Below, piece after piece: positions 45,412 to 56,397 of a DNA stretch of 56,397 bases. The DNA is from Salpingoeca rosetta (taxonomy: Eukaryota; Protista; Choanoflagellata). The stretch covers positions 2,258,044-2,314,440 of the forward strand of contig JAWQFM010000001.1 of NCBI GenBank assembly GCA_033442325.1, read 5' to 3'. Both the position numbers and the translations under genes were made by a program. The stretch's first letter is position 1; every line of letters begins with the position of its first letter. Under the pieces are notes generated by a model that saw nothing but the letters and a program-made list of their open reading frames with translations, was not told the origin of the DNA and searched no databases.

Positions 45412-45518
<107 letters not shown>

Positions 45519-45522
45519 TGTG

Positions 45523-45573
<51 letters not shown>

Positions 45574-45865
45574 CTGTCTGTCTGTCTGTCTGTCTGTGGC
45601 TCCTGTTGTGGCCCACTGCTTACTTGTTTGCTTGCTTGCGGTTTGTTGCTTGCTTGCCTTGATTGGTTCGCAGAGAACCAGCGCGCATGATGGTGTGTGT
45701 GTGTGTGTGCATGGCAGTGTGCGTTACAGAGAGAGTGTGAGTTGTAACAGTCGCCATGGAAGAGAAAGAGCGGGGCGGTTCTTGGCGTGCGGTGCCGGCT
45801 GTTAACGAAAAGGCGCGCGGAACATTGGGGTGGGTGGGGGTGGAGAACCACATGCGTACGCAGAA

Positions 45866-51828
<5,963 letters not shown>

Positions 51829-52310
51829 CGTATGAAAACACTGTCTGTGTGTCTGTGTGTCTGTGTGTGTGTGTGTCTGTGTGTGTCTGTGTGTGTGTGT
51901 GTGTGAATTGGGAGAAGGGGAGAATGGTGCTTGGGCTTGGTGCAAGTGTGATGTGATCTTGGTTCGCGCACAGCTTTGGTTCTGGTGTGGATCCGGCACG
52001 ATTGTTGCAGAAAATTGGCCAAATTTTTAAGTAATTGTCTGCACTGCCACAGGACAGCCTGAGCAGGACTGAGAACGACACGACTACAGAGACAAAACCA
52101 GAAGCTGTGTGCCTTGCCTTGTCCATCAACAACGAGAACGAGAAGGCATGTTGACAACGGACAATAGAGACCTTTCGTCACCACAAAAATGGCACATTGC
52201 AACCTCGAAGCAGTTTGCATCGCATGTCCAAACCACACAAACTTGGCACAAACATAACACGACTAACATGTTTTGAAACACGGCCCGCCAAAAACCAAAC
52301 GGCCACGACG

Positions 52311-53835
52311 ATGATGAGTGTGCAAAGACGGCGCAAGCGCTTGCGCCAAGCTGTGCTGTGTGGAGCTATCAGTCAACATGTTCTGATCTCGTTTGAGAGA
52401 TATGTGCGCTATCACCGTATTCCGAGAGCATGGGGTGTGGTGACTCTGATCAATTTGTCTCAGTTTGACCGAAGAACGTTTGAAGGGTTATTCCGCTTCA
52501 GATCGCTTGCCCACTTGCAGCGCTTGGCCCGCAGTTTGCAGGTGAGGGACACATACACGGGAGCATATGGCAGACACTACAGTGGACTGGAAGTGCTCGC
52601 ATTGTTGCTGCGGCGCTTAACGTACCCCAATAGGCTGAGCGATCTGCGACAGCAGCTACGTATGTGTCGTGTGCAACGGCAATGTGGGCACTCTTCGCCG
52701 ATGGTCCTTGCTTTCTGGTCGTGAAAGTTATCAGCATCACCTCACTCTCTGGTTGTCCATCGCACTTCATAGGTACCACTCATGGGGAATCCGAGCTCAG
52801 TGTGCTGATTAACAAGATTGTAACGGATCTCTACACCAAGCACCACGCTCGGCTCAGGCATTCCAAGTACCTGACACAGGATCACTTCGTGGAACAATAC
52901 AGTGCTGCTATCCACAACAAAGGCAACGCGCATGATGTGTTTGGTATGTTATATGCGTCTCGCTGCAAAGTCTATCTGTATGTGAGCGTGATGGCTTGTT
53001 TGAGGTTGAATGAGCGGGTGCATGGGTCATGTTTGCGTGAACATTGAGAGCACCGCTCACCGATGTTTGGCAGGCTTCATTGATGGTACAATGTACTGGA
53101 TATGTCGCCCAAGCATCCACCAATCAGCAGCATACACTGGGTACAAAAGAGCACACGTATTGAAGTATCAGGGAGTATCATTACCAAATGGTATGATAGC
53201 AAGTGCTACGGGGCCATACCCGGGTACGTGCTGAGTTGCGCCGTGTGTGTATGTGTGTGTGTGTGTGCATTGTGTGCATTGTGTGCATTGTGTGCATTGT
53301 GTGCATTGTGTGCATTGTGTGCATTGTGTGCATGTGCGTGTGCGTGTACGTGCGCGTGTGCGTTGCTTGGGCCACCCATCAACGATTGTGTGAGTACAAC
53401 AATGTGTGAGATCTGTGAACATCGTGCTCATCAATGACTGTATCTGAATCACCACGCTTTACCACAGGTCGCTGGCATGACTCCAGGTGCTTTTACTCTT
53501 CTGGTGTCGCCAACTGGATCGATGGCATTGTTCCAGGAATGCGTCTCGGCGGGGACAACGCATATGCAACGAGTCATCGCGTAATTGTAGTCAACAATCA
53601 CCCAGAGCTCAAGCGAGTTCGTGTTGCGGTGGAGTGGGGTTTTGGAAACGTCGCCAATCACTGGCGATTCCTGCGATTCAGCTCAAACCTGAGGGTTGGG
53701 CTGAGCCCCGTCGGGAAGTATATTGCTTTGGGGTTTCTCTTGACAAACTGCCACGTGTGCTTGTATGGATGCGAAGCGAGCACATATTTTCACGTGTCTC
53801 CACCGCGACTTGAGTCATACTTGTTCTCACCATAG
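52311..53835 (+). CDS. Harbinger (DDE_Tnp_4/HARBI1-like) transposase, 4 exons
   Basis: FRF..LEVLALLLRRLTYPNRLSDL, NKGNAHDVF|GFIDGT..ICRP..YTGYKRAHVLKYQ..PNG..GPYP|GRWHDS..GDNAY..RVAVEWGFG..FLLTNCHVCLYG. The D-D-E triad is intact. Confidence 0.92.
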
Positions 53836-54107
53836 ACTTGTGTATTCAAGTTGTTGCACATAAACACAAGCAGTGCAAACGGAACACTTGCATTCACACG
53901 CAAGCACAGACATTACAACACACAAGCATACAGGCATACATGCACACACGCATGTGCACATCCACACCCATACACACACCATACGCAAACACACGCGCAT
54001 GAGATACGTAACTATGTTTGAACAAAGCACACCCGTTCACAATACACGACCCACCATAACGTAACACGAGCAAGGTAGTCGGACTGCATGCCGCAATGGA
54101 GTAACAG

Positions 54108-55387
54108 TCACAGAGCACCAGCCACACCACGACCATCATCAGTGTCATCATTGGCACGTCCATTGTCACGCCCACGGAGCGACTTTGTCAGCTCACCCTG
54201 TATGTGGGAGTGGCAGTTGCACCATGTGAGGTGTATGAAACATGTATTTTGCATACTTGCCCACACATCTAGGTCAAACATCCACGCATATGCACACATG
54301 CACGCCACGATCGAAGAAAAAAAAGGTACATGCCCAACAGTTCATTAGAATGTGACAACAATAGAGGTTCTTACGAGCGTGGCCATGGTTGTCTGCATGA
54401 AAGCCATCATCTGTGTGTGGCGTTCGTCGTCCCTGACAGACCGGCGCTCCTCAAGCTCAAGCCGTTTGCGTTCCAATTCTATCTGCTGCTGGCGCAGATC
54501 GTGATCCCTGGTGTTGAGCGGGGTGTACATGGGAGTGTGAGACAAGTGCTATTGGTTGTTCGGGCTCAATGGGAATTCACACACCAGAAGCACACGCACA
54601 CACACACACACACACATACACAGACACACCTTGACGAGATAGCCTGAAGAACGTCGTCGTCTTCATCACCACTCGTCTCTCCCGTGGATGGGAGCATGGA
54701 CGAGTACACCAAGGCCGCATCTTCCTTCGACTTCTTTCTGCGCTGCTCATCCTTAGCATCGGTGGCCTCATCAACGCGCTCGGAAAACGTTCGCGCCGCC
54801 TCCATGATTACCTCCGGATACGGAGCCAGACTTGAGCCAGAGTGAGACTCCATCGAATCTGCCGCCTTGACATCCTCGACAACTCTCGAGACACGAGCCT
54901 GAGCAACCAGCAAAGAGAACGTCTAAGATGACTACAAAGGAAGCTTACACAGAGACACGCCAACATGTACATACTTCAGACGGATGAAAACGCATGCATC
55001 TCTCACCTGAACGGCCTTCCCTGATAGTGGGGGCTGACTTGGATGCTTCTGCTGGAACTCATTGGCGACCTTGGTCCACTCCCGACGAACCCCATGGTGA
55101 CCTTTCTTCCTGGGCAGATCATGTTGCAGGGCCAGCGCCATGAGAGCCTGAAGCTCAGCTGTGGTCAGCCGACGATGCTTGTGGATCGACCCTGTGTCTT
55201 GTTGCTGTGCCTGCTGCGGTTCTTGTGTCTGCTGCGATTGTTGTGACTCGTCCTCGCCATGATCAAGCACGTTGGAGAAGCCAGGAACCGGACGATGCGG
55301 CTGCTGCTGCTGCATCTGCTGCAGCTGTTCCTGTGTGTGACCATCCATTCTCTCTGTCTCTGTGATGTGGAAATTTTGCGATGACAT
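54108..55387 (-). CDS. Harbinger accessory Myb/SANT-like (trihelix) DNA-binding protein with C-terminal coiled coil, about 4 exons
   Basis: RRLTTAELQALMALAL..KGHHGVRREWTKVANEF..LSGKAVQ|TFSLLV; coiled coil LRQQQIELERKRLELEERR..HTQMMAFMQ; located inside the TIRs opposite the transposase. Confidence 0.78.
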
Positions 55388-56397
55388 ACGCAAAAAGGTT
55401 TGTTCCAGTGCGTTTGTGGCGGTCACAAAAGCGGATCTCGAAAGCGTGATCGGAACAAAACTGGAACGTTCCAGATACTATTTGTCGTGTCGCAAACTCC
55501 ACTTTCCACCGCGTTTGTGGCAGTTTTGTGCTGATTGCATTGTTCCACAACGTCTCTAATGCAATGCAGTCGTGGCAGAGTTGCATCCAATCAACAGAAG
55601 GGGACACGAGAACTTGCTTGTGTGATGACTTGCTGCTCTTGTATTGAGCTACAAAAAGGCTAATGGCATTTTTTAAGCAAAAAGGTCATTTATATACCTC
55701 AGCAGACGGCAAACGTCTCGTTGACTACTACCCGCACAAGACCCGGTCCGACTGGCTGCATTCACACTTGATGTTGCAAAACCAGACTAGTCTCGGCATG
55801 ATGGGACGTACAGAGGGACACGTAGTTGATGGCAATCAATGCGAAGCGTGTGGCTACTTCACAACAGACCCGGCACAAAACCGCGCGAAAGATTGCCATA
55901 TGTACTTGAGTTGTGAGGCAAACAAGGATGTAGGATGAATGAACACTCTAACAAAAAGAAACAGAGCAGGAGACAAGAATTGTCGACAACGCAAAGTGGT
56001 CACGTGGCAATGTTTGTTGAGAGTTGTGTGGTTATGTGGCGTGTTATGCAAGAGCACGTAGCAAATTGTGGTGTCGCAAAGAAAAGAAGTTAATTTAAAT
56101 GAGGGTTTGGGCACGTGTGTTGGATGTAGAAACGAATCAGTTCGTACAATATGGTTCGTGTGCGTCCCTGTTCTCTGTGCGGGCAAACAGGGCCCCGCAC
56201 ATATTACATACAAACTCTTTGAGCGATGCGTGCCCATATGGCGAGGCCCAGGCCGGACAACATCGCACACGGGACACACCTCGTGATCGTCGCTGGGTAG
56301 AATGGTGTCCCCTATCAGCCGCTCCAGTTGACGCAGCGCGACGCGCGTGCGCGTCGTTGTTAACATCACTGTTCCAGTGTCAATTGTTGCAAGTTCA

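Larger units (their letters stand above)
52166..55557. mobile_element. Autonomous PIF/Harbinger DNA transposon, about 3.4 kb
   Basis: Termini AGAGACCTT (52166) and AACGTCTCT (ends 55557) form an 8/9 inverted match. AAT is duplicated at 52163-65 and 55558-60. The element encloses a convergent DDE transposase and a Myb/SANT-like gene. Confidence 0.85.

Noticed and set aside
52915-53075. Apparent frameshift or non-canonical GC donor in the transposase
   Set aside because: Resolved by a canonical GT-AG intron giving DVF-G-FIDGT

Overview
This is intron-dense, GC-rich eukaryotic DNA full of (CA)/(TG) microsatellites. The style and gene content suggest a choanoflagellate such as Salpingoeca rosetta (inference). 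Most six-frame ORFs are microsatellite artefacts, so I rebuilt genes by hand from GT-AG exon phases. In order: GGTase-I beta (-, partial), RCE1 CAAX protease (+), MGAT1/GnT-I (-, 5' half missing), UVRAG (+), a small single-pass membrane protein (-), ARL13B-like GTPase with an extra C-terminal domain (+), a MAP7-like coiled-coil protein (-), a polyQ hypothetical (+), U1-70K (-), a His/Pro/Gln/Tyr low-complexity protein (+), PGK (-), an ABM-barrel protein (+), a type-I membrane protein with an ephrin-like cupredoxin domain (-), DDB1 (+), BET1 (-) and GBE1 (-). After these come an apparently intact PIF/Harbinger transposon (transposase plus Myb/SANT-like gene, AGAGAC termini, AAT TSD) and an unexplained low-GC tail. 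The main points of interest are the ephrin-B-like surface protein, the head-to-head pair of consecutive CAAX-processing enzymes, the intact Harbinger next to GBE1, and a probable assembly collapse at a (GT)n tract.
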